This document shows positions 18,812-28,982 of a stretch of 64,000 nt of DNA, one piece after another. The stretch covers positions 620,001-684,000 of the forward strand of contig NZ_JABEMC010000001.1 in NCBI RefSeq assembly GCF_013004595.1. The letters run 5' to 3'. The stretch comes from Brevibacterium luteolum (GTDB lineage Bacteria > Actinomycetota > Actinomycetes > Actinomycetales > Brevibacteriaceae). The notes beneath the pieces were generated by a model. The model was not told the origin of the DNA and did not search any database. It worked only from the letters and a program-made list of their open reading frames with translations. Every line of letters starts with the position of its first letter. The first letter of the stretch is position 1. Made by a program: the position numbers and the translations under genes.

Positions 18812-20187
18812 GCCTTCTTGCCTCCCTGTCTCAGGTCCTCCCGACCGAGACGATCATCACCGATGCCGACATCATGGCCTCCTACCTGCACGACGAGGCC
18901 GAATGGGCGCCCTACGGCCAAGCCCTGGCGATTGTGCGCCCGCGCGAAACCGCCGAAGTGGTCGCCGCCGTGCGCTGGGCGATCGAGCACTCGGTCGCCG
19001 TCGTCGCCCGCGGGGCCGGCACCGGGCTGTCCGGCGGGGCGAACGCGCTGGAGGGATGCCTGGTCATCAGCTTCGACGCGATGAACCAGATCCTCGACGT
19101 CGACCCGGTCGAACGCACCGCCCGGGTGCAGCCCGGCGTCGTCAACAATGACCTGCGCGCCCGGGTGGCAGAAGACGGCCTGTGGTACCCGCCGGACCCG
19201 GCGAGCGCCCCCTGGTCGACGATCGGCGGCAACGTCGCCACCAACGCCGGCGGACTGTGCTGCGTCAAATACGGCGTCACGAGCGAATACGTCCTCAACC
19301 TCGAAGTCGTCACCGGCACCGGCAAGCTCGTGCGCGTCGGCAAGACGACAGCGAAGAACGCCGCCGGCTATGACCTGCGCGGCCTCATCATCGGCGCTGA
19401 GGGCACACTCGGCATCGTCACCGAGATCACCGTGCGTCTGCTGCCGCTGCCGCAGGACTCCCGGGCGATCGTCGGCTACTTCGACAGCCTCGTTGACGCC
19501 GGCCAAGCCGTCGCCAACGTCACGGCTGCCGGCATCATCCCCTCCGCGCTCGAACTCGTCGACTCCTACTGCCTCAAAGCAGTTGATGAGTGGAAGAACA
19601 TGGGTCTTTCGGCCGAAGCCGAGGTGCTGCTGCTGGCTGCCACCGACGTTCCCGGTGCTGCCGGGCAGGCCGAAGCGGAGGGCATCGTCGCCGCCTTCGA
19701 ATCCGCTGGCGCCACCTTTGCTGCCATCAGCGAGGACGCTGAGGAAGCCGATGCGTTCTTTGCCGCCCGCAGGCTCGCCTATCCGGCTCTTGAACGGCTC
19801 GGCCCGGTGCTGACCGAAGACGTCTGTGTGACCCGCTCGAAGGTGCCCGAGGTGCTCGGCAAGATCCAGGAGATCGGCCGCAAGCACGACACGGTGCTCG
19901 CCCAGATCGCCCACGCCGGCGACGGCAACCTGCACCCGCTGCTCGTCACCCCGATCGGCGACGACGCCGCCCGCGAACGCGCGCAGGCGGCATTCGAGGA
20001 GATCATCACTGTCGCCTTGGAAGCCGGCGGCACCGTCTCCGGTGAGCACGGGATCGGGCTGCTGAAGAAGCCGGGCCTGTCCCGGGAGCTGAGCGACGAC
20101 GTCCTCGACATGCACCGGGCGATCAAGTCCGCGCTCGACCCGCACGGCATCATGAACCCCGGCAAGGTCTTCAGCCTCGAGGCGTAA
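18808..20187 (+). CDS. FAD-linked oxidase (GlcD/D-lactate dehydrogenase family)
   Basis: RGAGTGLSGG, YPPDPAS, IGGNVATNAGG, GAEGTLGIVT, HAGDGNLHP, GEHGIG. Confidence 0.92.
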   Translation: MSLLASLSQVLPTETIITDADIMASYLHDEAEWAPYGQALAIVRPRETAEVVAAVRWAIEHSVAVVARGAGTGLSGGANALEGCLVISFDAMNQILDVDPVERTARVQPGVVNNDLRARVAEDGLWYPPDPASAPWSTIGGNVATNAGGLCCVKYGVTSEYVLNLEVVTGTGKLVRVGKTTAKNAAGYDLRGLIIGAEGTLGIVTEITVRLLPLPQDSRAIVGYFDSLVDAGQAVANVTAAGIIPSALELVDSYCLKAVDEWKNMGLSAEAEVLLLAATDVPGAAGQAEAEGIVAAFESAGATFAAISEDAEEADAFFAARRLAYPALERLGPVLTEDVCVTRSKVPEVLGKIQEIGRKHDTVLAQIAHAGDGNLHPLLVTPIGDDAARERAQAAFEEIITVALEAGGTVSGEHGIGLLKKPGLSRELSDDVLDMHRAIKSALDPHGIMNPGKVFSLEA

Positions 20188-20395
20188 GCAGACGGTCCTC
20201 AATCAGCGGCGGAGCGATCGGCGTCCCGCTGCGCCGGCGAGCACCCTGGAGCGTCTCGGCGAAGAGCCAGAGGCCGGCAACGATCTGCACGACGGAGAGC
20301 ACGCGATTCCACGCAGCACCGTCGATGAACAGGTAGATGCCGACGGCGACCACGAGCAGGCAGGCGACCAGCCGGAGCTTCTCATGACCGGTCAC
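20171..20395 (-). CDS. Small 2-TM membrane protein (paralog B)
   Basis: Two hydrophobic segments then RRR; GTGA overlap with the upstream paralog. Confidence 0.7.
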   Translation of the reverse strand: MTGHEKLRLVACLLVVAVGIYLFIDGAAWNRVLSVVQIVAGLWLFAETLQGARRRSGTPIAPPLIEDRLLTPRG

Positions 20396-20637
20396 CGCAG
20401 ATCGCCTACGACCGGTTCACGCGAGGTTCGGCTCGCGGAGTCAGCAGCGGGATCGGCCGCTTCGTCCCGGCGCCGCCTGCGGATGCCCTGGATGAGGTCG
20501 ATGAGGAGGATGATGCCGGCGATGACCGCCACCGCGCAGATGAGCGGAAGCCATCCAGCGGTTCTGAACACCAGATAGGCACTGGCGCCGATGACAACGA
20601 GCGCAGCGACGAACCGGACGATCTCGTTGCCCGTCAT
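20392..20637 (-). CDS. Small 2-TM membrane protein (paralog A)
   Basis: MTGNEIVRFVAALVV...IAGIILLIDLIQGIRRRRR; similar to the downstream gene. Confidence 0.7.
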   Translation of the reverse strand: MTGNEIVRFVAALVVIGASAYLVFRTAGWLPLICAVAVIAGIILLIDLIQGIRRRRRDEAADPAADSASRTSREPVVGDLR

Positions 20638-20774
20638 GGGGATCACAGCTTTCGTGTGGGGGGGTCTTCCATCGTGCCAGATGAGATCGCCTGCCACCAG
20701 CATCTGAGGGTTCTTCGCTAGGAGAGTGCCGCTCTCACACATCGCCCAGCCTGCACATGCGATACTGGGAGGAC

Positions 20775-22124
20775 ATGACTGAGAAGACCTCCTCCACACC
20801 GACCAACAGGCCGCCCCGCCGACAGGTGCGGCCCATCGTCGAGCACGCAGACGGCACCACCTCGCGCACCCCGACGCGTGACGGCCGGCCGCTGCTGAAC
20901 TTCAAGTCCCCGCGCGTCACCCAGCCGCCGACCCACCTGGCCGATATGTCGATGGACGAGCGGATCGCCGCCGTCACCGAGATAGGACTGCCAGCGTTTC
21001 GCGCCAAGCAGCTCTCGACCCACTACTTCGTCCACCACACCACCGACCCCGAGGCAATGACCGACCTGCCGAAGGAGCGGCGTGCCGAACTGGCCGAGAG
21101 GTTCTTCCCACCGCTTTTGACCGAGGTGCGCCGGCTGCGCACCTCCAACGGCGACACCATCAAGTTCCTGTGGCGGCTCTTCGACGGCGCCCTCGTCGAA
21201 TCGGTGCTCATGCGCTACCGCAACCGCATCACCCTGTGCGTGTCCTCGCAGTGCGGCTGCGGCATGAACTGCCCGTTCTGCGCCACCGGCCAGCAGGGCC
21301 TGACGAGGAACATGTCGACAGCTGAGATCGTCGAGCAGGTCATCCGCGCCAACCAGGTCATCGCCGCTGGCGAACTGGCCGACGACACCTCGGGTGACAC
21401 CGACATGCTCGGCAACCCAGCCGCCGCCGTCGGCTCCGAAGCCGACGAAGACCAAGGCGAGGCCCCAGCCCAGGCGAGCGAACATGCTGAGGGCACCACC
21501 GCCTCGGGCGCGGGGCAGGCCGAACGCGTGACCAACATCGTCTTCATGGGCATGGGCGAGCCGCTGGCCAACCACAAGCGCGTCATGAACGCCGTGCGCC
21601 GCTTCGTCGACCCGGCCCCGGCCGGCCTGGGCATGGGTGCGCGCCGCATCACCGTCTCGACAGTCGGGCTGGTGCCCGGAATCAACAAGCTCGCCGCCGA
21701 GGACATCCCGGTCACCTTCGCACTCAGCCTCCACGCCCCAGACGACGGCCTGCGCGATGAGATGATCCCGGTCAACACCCGCTGGAAGGTCGACGAGGCC
21801 ATCGACGCCGCCTACAACTACTACAAGGTCACCGGCCGGCGCGTGAGCATCGAATACGCTCTCATCAAGGACATGAACGACCACGCCTGGCGCGCCGAAC
21901 TGCTGGGCAAGAAGCTCAACGCACGCGGCCGCGGCTGGGTGCACGTCAACCCGATCCCGCTCAACCCGACCCCCGGTTCGGTGTGGACGGCATCCGAGCC
22001 CGAGGTGGCAGCTGAGTTCGTGCGCCGCCTCCAGGACGCCGGGATCCCGACGACGATCCGCGACACCCGAGGTCAGGACATCGACGGGGCATGCGGCCAG
22101 CTTGCCACGGCCGAAGAGGACTGA
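20775..22124 (+). CDS. rlmN: 23S rRNA (adenine2503-C2)-methyltransferase RlmN
   Basis: [18 protein letters not shown] (radical SAM), [21 protein letters not shown]. Confidence 0.98.
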   Translation: MTEKTSSTPTNRPPRRQVRPIVEHADGTTSRTPTRDGRPLLNFKSPRVTQPPTHLADMSMDERIAAVTEIGLPAFRAKQLSTHYFVHHTTDPEAMTDLPKERRAELAERFFPPLLTEVRRLRTSNGDTIKFLWRLFDGALVESVLMRYRNRITLCVSSQCGCGMNCPFCATGQQGLTRNMSTAEIVEQVIRANQVIAAGELADDTSGDTDMLGNPAAAVGSEADEDQGEAPAQASEHAEGTTASGAGQAERVTNIVFMGMGEPLANHKRVMNAVRRFVDPAPAGLGMGARRITVSTVGLVPGINKLAAEDIPVTFALSLHAPDDGLRDEMIPVNTRWKVDEAIDAAYNYYKVTGRRVSIEYALIKDMNDHAWRAELLGKKLNARGRGWVHVNPIPLNPTPGSVWTASEPEVAAEFVRRLQDAGIPTTIRDTRGQDIDGACGQLATAEED

Positions 22125-22168
22125 GCGCTACACTTTAAGCACCGCACAGCATTCACAAGGAGAGCGAC

Positions 22169-22726
22169 GTGGAGACGAACTTCCCCAGGATGTCGGGTTG
22201 GAAGAACGGATACGACCCCGCACAGGTCGACAGCTTCTTCAAGCGGGCCCGCGAATCCTTCGAATCCGACACGCCGCAGCCCGGCGATCTCGACGCGCGT
22301 GCGGTGCGCACCGTCGGCTTCGACCTGGTGCGCAACGGCTACCACGTCGGCGTCGTCGACGCCGCCCTCGACCGTCTCGAAGACGCCTTCGCCAAGCGCA
22401 GCCGCGACCGGCTCATCTCCAGCTCCGGTGAGGACGCCTGGGTCAAGGAGCTCACCCGTGCCGCCAGCTCGCTGCGCGGACGCCTCGCCCGCGAATACGG
22501 CGAACGGTTCAACCACCCGGAGAAGGGCCAGATCGGCTATGACGTCGAAGAGGTCGACGATCTGTGCGACCGCATCAACGGCTACTTCACCCAGGGCAAG
22601 CCGATGAGTGTTGACGAAGTCCGTCGCGTGCTCTTCCGCACCCGCAAGGGCAACCGCGCCTACGACGAGGACCAGGTCGATGCGTTCATCGACCGGGTCG
22701 TCGAGGTCATGGCCAGTGTCGACTGA
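22169..22726 (+). CDS. DivIVA domain-containing protein (multiple repeats)
   Basis: Repeated GYDPAQVD, GYHVGVVD, GYDVEEVD, AYDEDQVDAFIDRV. Confidence 0.9.
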   Translation: METNFPRMSGWKNGYDPAQVDSFFKRARESFESDTPQPGDLDARAVRTVGFDLVRNGYHVGVVDAALDRLEDAFAKRSRDRLISSSGEDAWVKELTRAASSLRGRLAREYGERFNHPEKGQIGYDVEEVDDLCDRINGYFTQGKPMSVDEVRRVLFRTRKGNRAYDEDQVDAFIDRVVEVMASVD

Positions 22727-23393
22727 TCAGCTGCACTGGTTCCGCAAGCCGGGCACGAACTCACCGAAGGACAAGGGTACTTTCAACCCCGTCTTCGAGC
22801 TGCTCGACTACCCGATCGTCACCGGGCGGGCTGACGAGATCTTCTTCGCCGACGCCGAGGTGTCGCTGACGTACGAGGACGCACTCGACCGGGTGGCGAA
22901 GTTCGCCGGCATCCTGCGCGTGGTCCACGAACCGGCCCCGCCGTTCCTCGTCATCGACGACGGGCTGCGCCCGGTCACCCTCATCCTCGCGATGCTCGCT
23001 GCGCTGCGGCTGGGCAGCTGCGTGGTCCTCGGATCCAAGAGCCTGAAGCCGGGGGAGAAGAAGACAGCCCCCGTGCTCCGCCCGGCCGAAGGCGCGCAGG
23101 CGGAAGCCGGCGAGCACGCCAGCAGAAACGGCGACGCCGCCGCTCAGACTGCAGCGAAGGCCGGCATGCACACGGAGACCCGCAAGATCTGGTCGCACTT
23201 CGAAGGCACCGAGCTGCTCGCCGACGGACCGGAGAGCAAACCGCTCGACGCCGGAGCGCTGATGAAGGAATCGGCGTTCAAGCATGCCGCGGCGGCAGAG
23301 ATCGGACCCGGCCGCGAAGTCCTGCGCCTCGACGGGGTGAGCCTGAGTGCTGCCGAGAGTCTCAACGCTGTGGAGATGTTCCTCAGCCGCTGA
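22716..23393 (+). CDS. Hypothetical protein resembling the N-terminal part of acyl-CoA synthetases
   Basis: GTFNPVFELLD..IVTGRADE..LTYEDALDRVAKFAGILR; GTG start overlaps the end of the DivIVA gene. Confidence 0.65.
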   Translation: MSTDQLHWFRKPGTNSPKDKGTFNPVFELLDYPIVTGRADEIFFADAEVSLTYEDALDRVAKFAGILRVVHEPAPPFLVIDDGLRPVTLILAMLAALRLGSCVVLGSKSLKPGEKKTAPVLRPAEGAQAEAGEHASRNGDAAAQTAAKAGMHTETRKIWSHFEGTELLADGPESKPLDAGALMKESAFKHAAAAEIGPGREVLRLDGVSLSAAESLNAVEMFLSR

Positions 23394-23498
23394 GCGATCT
23401 GAGCCAGCCAGACAGCCCGTGGAAAGGCCGCGATCGGCTCTGTGCCGCCGATCACAGACGTCCGAAACGGCCTTGATCCCGGTGTTACCGTAAGCCTC

Positions 23499-24674
23499 AT
23501 GGCGATCGACAGACGGAAGCTGGCGCGGCGGGCGCGCCGCTATTGGGCGATCGTCATCGTCATCTGCACGTACTTCGGCTTCCACTCCTTCATGCTCACC
23601 GGCCTGGCCGTCATGGCCCCGAACCTCGGGCTGGCCTCGTTAACGGTGACGATCTACATGGGCCTGGGCATCCTGCTCGACTCACCGGCCGCCTCGGCGA
23701 TCGAGCGCTACGGACTGCGGCGGGTCATCGGCACCTCCGGCATCCTCATCCTGCTCATCACCATCGGGCTGCTCATCGCCGGCTCCGGCTGGTGGATCGT
23801 CATCTTCGGAACCCTCTACGCCTGCTGCTCCAGTCTCATCTACATCCCCGCCCTCGCGCACTACGCCTCGATGCTCGGGGAACGGCAGGCCGACGGCCAG
23901 CGCATCAACGTCTTCATCCAGCGCGGCGGCGCACTGGCAGCAGGCCTGTTCATCACCTGGGCCCTGGCAGCCGAGCAGCCCCGCGTGCTGTTCGTCATCG
24001 TCGCCACCACCGGGCTCGGAATCCTCGTCGCCGCCTGGTGGCTGCCCGGGCCCAGCCGCGACCGGCACGTCACCCAGCGGGTGCCGCTGCTGAGCACCAT
24101 CGTCTATTCGGTCGCAGCGATCGGCCGGTCATCAGTCATGGCCCGCGGGGCACTGTCGGCCTCAGCACTGCCGGTCATCTTCATCACGACGAGCTCGATC
24201 TTCCCGCTCGCCCTGCCGGAGTTCGGCGCTGCGATCGGTGTCGGACTCGTCATGCGCGAACTCATTGCCATGGCCACAGCGACCGCTTTCGGTCACGGCT
24301 CGATGCGCCGAACCAACCGCGAGTTCGCGGCTGCGGTGCTGCTCGCCCTGATCGGAATCTCCGGGGCACTGTGGATCGAGCAGAACTGGGCCGTCATCAC
24401 CGGCATCATCCTCACGGGCCCACTCATCAGCTCCGCGATCGTCACGTCATCGCTCAACACCCGCATGGCAAGCCTGAGTGCAGCGCACCCGTGGGCCTGC
24501 TTCGCCGGTATGGGCATCGCATCACGGACCAGCGGCCTGCTCGTCCCGCTTGTGCTCAGCGCGGCACTGTCAACCAGCCGGCAGGCGCTGGAGGTCGTGC
24601 TCGTCATCGTGCTCATGCTCATCGCTTGCGGCATGCTCATCGGTCGGCAGCGTCAGGACGGGCTGCCGGGCTGA
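23499..24674 (+). CDS. MFS transporter
   Basis: About 12 hydrophobic segments; motif-A-like IERYGLRR. Confidence 0.8.
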   Translation: MAIDRRKLARRARRYWAIVIVICTYFGFHSFMLTGLAVMAPNLGLASLTVTIYMGLGILLDSPAASAIERYGLRRVIGTSGILILLITIGLLIAGSGWWIVIFGTLYACCSSLIYIPALAHYASMLGERQADGQRINVFIQRGGALAAGLFITWALAAEQPRVLFVIVATTGLGILVAAWWLPGPSRDRHVTQRVPLLSTIVYSVAAIGRSSVMARGALSASALPVIFITTSSIFPLALPEFGAAIGVGLVMRELIAMATATAFGHGSMRRTNREFAAAVLLALIGISGALWIEQNWAVITGIILTGPLISSAIVTSSLNTRMASLSAAHPWACFAGMGIASRTSGLLVPLVLSAALSTSRQALEVVLVIVLMLIACGMLIGRQRQDGLPG

Positions 24675-24791
24675 GACCTACCGAGCGCATTGTTGAAGAC
24701 CGCCTCTGAATTCCCGAGATCGCTGCCCAGAATCCGGCACGCATTGGAGGTGCTCCTGTGAGCTCGTCGGCGAATCCGAGGGCGAACGGCA

Positions 24792-24828
24792 ACGGCCCCT
24801 GTGACTTGCGCAGAGTCACCGGGGCCGT
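24792..24828. terminator. Hairpin between convergent MFS and acyl-CoA dehydrogenase genes
   Basis: ACGGCCCC.GTGACT / AGTCAC.GGGGCCGT. Confidence 0.65.
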
Positions 24829-24844
24829 GATGTCGGTCGGCCGA

Positions 24845-26050
24845 TTAGCCCTCGTAGTTGGCGAAGGCGTTGATGCCGGTCATCGCGCGGCCGAGGGTCA
24901 GCTGGTGCACCTCGTGGGTGCCCTCGTAGGTGAGGACGGTCTCGAGGTTGATGGCGTGGCGCAGCGGAGAGTACTCACTCGTGATGCCCGAACCGCCGAA
25001 GGTGGCGCGCAGGTCGCGGGCGATGTTCATCGCGGTGTCGACGTTGACCATCTTGCCCAGGGAGATCTGCTCCGGGCGCACACCGACGGTGTCCTTGAGC
25101 TTGCCGAGGTGGGCGGCCAGCAGGGTGATCGACGAGTACTGGCCGAAGGCCTTCGCCAGCTTCTGCTGTGTGATCTGGAACGACGACAGCGGACGGTTGA
25201 ACTGGATGCGAGTGCCGGTGTACTCCAGTGCGGAGAGGAGCGAGTCACGGGCAGCACCGGTGACGCCGAAGACGATGCCGTAGCGGGCCTCGGACAGGCA
25301 GGACAGCGGTCCCTTGAGCCCCTTGGCCTTCGGCAGCATCGCCGATTCCGGCAGACGGACGTTGTCGAGCACGATCTCACCGGTGATCGAGGCGCGCAGC
25401 GACAGCTTGCGCTTGACCTCGGGCACCTCGACACCGGGGGTGTCGGTGGGGACGACGAAGCCGCGGACAACTGGGCGGCCCTTCTCGTCCTCTTCTTCGG
25501 TCTTGGCCCACACGACGCAGACATCGGAGACCGGGGAGTTGGTGATCCACATCTTCGCGCCGTTGAGGATCCAATCGGAGCCGTCCTTGGTCGCGCGGGT
25601 CTTCATGCCAGCCGGGTCCGAACCGACATCCGGTTCGGTCAGGCCGAAGCAGCCGAGCTTCTTGCCGGCGGCCATCTGCGGCAGCCATTCTTCCTTCTGC
25701 TCCTCGGAGCCCCAGTTGTGGATGGCGAACATCGCCAGCGATCCCTGCACGCTCACCAGCGAACGCAGACCCGAATCGATGGCTTCGAGCTCACGGCATG
25801 CCAGGCCGTACTGGGTGGCGGTCGCTCCGCCGCAACCGTATCCTTCCAGATGCATGCCGAGCACGCCGAGCTCACCGAGCTGCTCTGCCAGCTCACGAGC
25901 CGGGATCGTGCCTTCGAGGTACCAGTCGCCGATCTTCTCCCGGACATTCTCGTCCAGCCACTTGCGGACGATGCCCGCCCATTCGAGGTCTTCCTTCTCG
26001 AAGACCGAATCGATCGCCAGAATCTCGTCAGGGGTCATGGTTTTGCTCAT
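24845..26050 (-). CDS. Acyl-CoA dehydrogenase, glutaryl-CoA dehydrogenase-like
   Basis: DSGLRSLVSVQGSL, GCFGLTEPDVGSDP, NGAKMWITN, SLRASITG, TYEGTHEVH. Confidence 0.93.
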   Translation of the reverse strand: MSKTMTPDEILAIDSVFEKEDLEWAGIVRKWLDENVREKIGDWYLEGTIPARELAEQLGELGVLGMHLEGYGCGGATATQYGLACRELEAIDSGLRSLVSVQGSLAMFAIHNWGSEEQKEEWLPQMAAGKKLGCFGLTEPDVGSDPAGMKTRATKDGSDWILNGAKMWITNSPVSDVCVVWAKTEEEDEKGRPVVRGFVVPTDTPGVEVPEVKRKLSLRASITGEIVLDNVRLPESAMLPKAKGLKGPLSCLSEARYGIVFGVTGAARDSLLSALEYTGTRIQFNRPLSSFQITQQKLAKAFGQYSSITLLAAHLGKLKDTVGVRPEQISLGKMVNVDTAMNIARDLRATFGGSGITSEYSPLRHAINLETVLTYEGTHEVHQLTLGRAMTGINAFANYEG

Positions 26051-26131
26051 CGTCGAGTTCCTCTCCTCGTGGGGCAGCAGTGAGCGCACGTGTCATCGCG
26101 TTCTAAGAAATCAATGAGATGATCTGTCACC

Positions 26132-27370
26132 GTGAAGGTACGTAACGTCATTGTACTGGGGGCCACTGGCTCGGTCGGCACCCAGGCTCTCGAAGTCATC
26201 GCCGCCAACCCCGCCAGATTCGCCGTCACCGGCGTCGGAGCGGGGTCGAATATCGACACCGCAGTCGACCAGGCGATCCGCGCCGGGGCCCGCGCACTAG
26301 CCATCGCCACCCCGCCTGCCGGGGGAGAAGCCCAGGTCAGGCAGCTGCTGGAGGAACGCGCCGTCCAGCTCGGCGCGCAGGTGGCAGTCGAGACGATCTT
26401 CACCGGTCCCGAGGCGTCGGCCCGGTTGGCAGCCGAACCCGCCGACGTCGTGCTCAACGCTGTCACCGGTGCCGCCGGTCTGACCTCGACGCTGGCAGCC
26501 CTCGAATCAGGCACCGATGTCGCGCTGGCGAACAAGGAGTCCCTCATCATCGGCGGTGAGCTCGTGCTGCGCACCGCTGAGGAGAACGCAGCCCAGCTCA
26601 TCCCCGTCGACAGCGAGCATTCGGCGATCGCCCAGGCGCTGCGCGCCGGCCGCCGCGAGGAGGTCTCCCGGCTCATCATCACCGCCTCCGGAGGTCCCTT
26701 CCGCGGCATGAGCGCAGACGAGCTGGCAGCCGTCACCCCCGAACAAGCGCTGGCCCACCCGACGTGGAACATGGGCACCGTCATCACGACGAACTCCGCG
26801 ACCCTGGTGAACAAGGGCCTGGAGGTCATCGAAGCGCATCTGCTCTTCGGCATCGACTACGACCGCATCACCGCCGTCGTCCACCCGCAGAGCCGCATCC
26901 ACTCGATGGTCGAGTTCGTCGACGGCTCGACGATCGCCCAGGTCTCCCCACCTGACATGAAGCTGCCGATCGCCTACGCCCTCGGCACCGATCGCGACGG
27001 CACCACCACCCGTATCGCAGGTGCCACCGCACCCGAACCCTTCGACGCCGCGAGCTCCTGGACCTTCGAGCCGGTCGATGACGCGAACTTCCCGGCCCTC
27101 GGTCTGGCGATCCGGGCCGGCAGGGCCGGCGGGACCGCACCAGCGGTATACAACGCCGCCAACGAAGAGCTCGTCGCCGCCTTCCACGCAGGCACGATCA
27201 CCTTCCCGCAGATCTCCGAGGGCATCGCCGCAGCCCTCGACCAGCACCTCGGGAACGGGGGAGAGGCCACCGAGCTGACCCTGGAGACCGTGCTGGCAGC
27301 AGACCGCAGTGCCCGCGAGTTCATCGCCGGCTGGCTTGAGCCGGCTGCCGCGGAGGGGGCCCGCGCATGA
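26132..27370 (+). CDS. dxr: 1-deoxy-D-xylulose-5-phosphate reductoisomerase
   Basis: [41 protein letters not shown]. Confidence 0.98.
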   Translation: MKVRNVIVLGATGSVGTQALEVIAANPARFAVTGVGAGSNIDTAVDQAIRAGARALAIATPPAGGEAQVRQLLEERAVQLGAQVAVETIFTGPEASARLAAEPADVVLNAVTGAAGLTSTLAALESGTDVALANKESLIIGGELVLRTAEENAAQLIPVDSEHSAIAQALRAGRREEVSRLIITASGGPFRGMSADELAAVTPEQALAHPTWNMGTVITTNSATLVNKGLEVIEAHLLFGIDYDRITAVVHPQSRIHSMVEFVDGSTIAQVSPPDMKLPIAYALGTDRDGTTTRIAGATAPEPFDAASSWTFEPVDDANFPALGLAIRAGRAGGTAPAVYNAANEELVAAFHAGTITFPQISEGIAAALDQHLGNGGEATELTLETVLAADRSAREFIAGWLEPAAAEGARA

Positions 27371-28845
27371 CCAGTCTGCTCTACGCCCTGGGCATCGTCC
27401 TCATCCTCATCGGGGTCTCCATCTCGATCGCCCTGCACGAACTCGGCCACCTCATTCCGGCCAAGAAGTTCGGCGTCAAAGTCACCCACTACATGGTCGG
27501 CTTCGGCCCGACCCTGTTTTCCCGCCGCCGCGGGGAGACCGAATACGGCATCAAGGCGCTCCCACTCGGCGGGTTCATCGCGATGCCGGGCATGTACCCG
27601 CCCAAGCACGCCACCCACGCCACCGTCGACCAGTCGCACGGGGCCACCGACGCCTCGGGCATCGTCACCGAAGCCGTCGAAGGCCACGAGGACAGGGAGC
27701 TGGCCGGAGTCGGTGCGAGCGCCGAAGCTGCAGGCGGGTCCACAGAGATCCCGACGGAGTCCCGGAAGCCGCGGATGTTCGAGCGCACCATGGACGACGC
27801 CCGCGAATACTCCAACCAGTTCATCGAGCCCGGCGAGGAGCACCGCACTTTCTACGCCCTCTCGGTGCCAAAGCGGCTCGTCGTCATGTTCGGCGGCCCG
27901 CTGGTCAACCTGCTGCTGGGCATCCTGATCCTCGGGATCATGCTGCTCGGCGTTGGTGTTCCGACCCTGAACACCACCGTGGCCACCGTCTCCGAATGCG
28001 CGGTTCCGGCCACCGAAATGGCCAAACGCGCACCAGCCGACCAGAATCGCTGCCTGCCCGGCGACCAGCCGACCCCTGCAGCCGAGGTCGGCATCGCGCC
28101 GGGCAACACGATCATCTCCATCGACGGCAAGCCGATGCACTCCTGGAACGACATCACCCGCGAAGTCCGCGGCCTGGCCGGCAAAGAGGTCGACATCGTC
28201 GTCGAGGACGGCGGAGCGCAGAAGACCATCCCGACGACGATCATCGCCGCCGAGCGCCCCGTCTACGAGAAAGGCGAGCTCACACGCGACGGCAACGGCG
28301 AGCTCGTCACCGAGACCGTCGGCTTCCTCGGCGTCGGCCCGGACAAGGAGTACACGCCGATCCCGCTGAGCGAGTTCCCCGGCCAGATCGGCCAGGCCCT
28401 CGGCCGGACCTTTACAGCACTGGCGACGCTGCCGGTCAAGCTCGTCGACATCGTCCAGGTTGCCACGACGAACAAGGAGCGCGACCCTGAGGGCATCATG
28501 GGCATGGTCGGCGTCGGCCGGGTTGCCGGTGAGATCGTCTCGACCGACCAGATCGACGTCACCGGCAAAGTCGTTACCGGCCTCGGGCTGCTCGGCTCGC
28601 TCAACCTGTTCCTCTTCGCCTTCAACATGATCCCGCTCCTGCCGCTCGACGGCGGGCACATCGCCGTCGCCCTGTACGAAGGCGCCCGACGGCGGATCAA
28701 CCTCGCCCGCGGTCGCGGGATCATCGGGCCCTTCGACACCGCCCGGCTGCTGCCGCTGACCTACGTCGTCGTCGGGCTGATGCTGTGCATGACCGTGCTG
28801 CTCGTCTACGTCGACATCGTCAAACCCGTCGTCCTGTTCCAGTAG
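27367..28845 (+). CDS. rip1: M50 site-2 zinc metalloprotease (RseP/Rip1) with PDZ domain
   Basis: [31 protein letters not shown]; follows dxr. Confidence 0.93.
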   Translation: MTSLLYALGIVLILIGVSISIALHELGHLIPAKKFGVKVTHYMVGFGPTLFSRRRGETEYGIKALPLGGFIAMPGMYPPKHATHATVDQSHGATDASGIVTEAVEGHEDRELAGVGASAEAAGGSTEIPTESRKPRMFERTMDDAREYSNQFIEPGEEHRTFYALSVPKRLVVMFGGPLVNLLLGILILGIMLLGVGVPTLNTTVATVSECAVPATEMAKRAPADQNRCLPGDQPTPAAEVGIAPGNTIISIDGKPMHSWNDITREVRGLAGKEVDIVVEDGGAQKTIPTTIIAAERPVYEKGELTRDGNGELVTETVGFLGVGPDKEYTPIPLSEFPGQIGQALGRTFTALATLPVKLVDIVQVATTNKERDPEGIMGMVGVGRVAGEIVSTDQIDVTGKVVTGLGLLGSLNLFLFAFNMIPLLPLDGGHIAVALYEGARRRINLARGRGIIGPFDTARLLPLTYVVVGLMLCMTVLLVYVDIVKPVVLFQ

Positions 28846-28982
28846 CGACGGCAATCGTTAGCGAACTGTAGCCACCGGAAATCCTGAACCGCAGCTGAGC
28901 GCTGTGTGAGAGGTTACGATGATTCCACCAGCGGCCGGTCACCGGCCGCCGGGACCACCACCTCCGACGTACAGGGAGCCCA

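Noticed and set aside
20775..22124. Cfr-type resistance methylase or intein in RlmN
   Set aside because: Core rlmN location and motifs; the insertion lacks intein terminal residues
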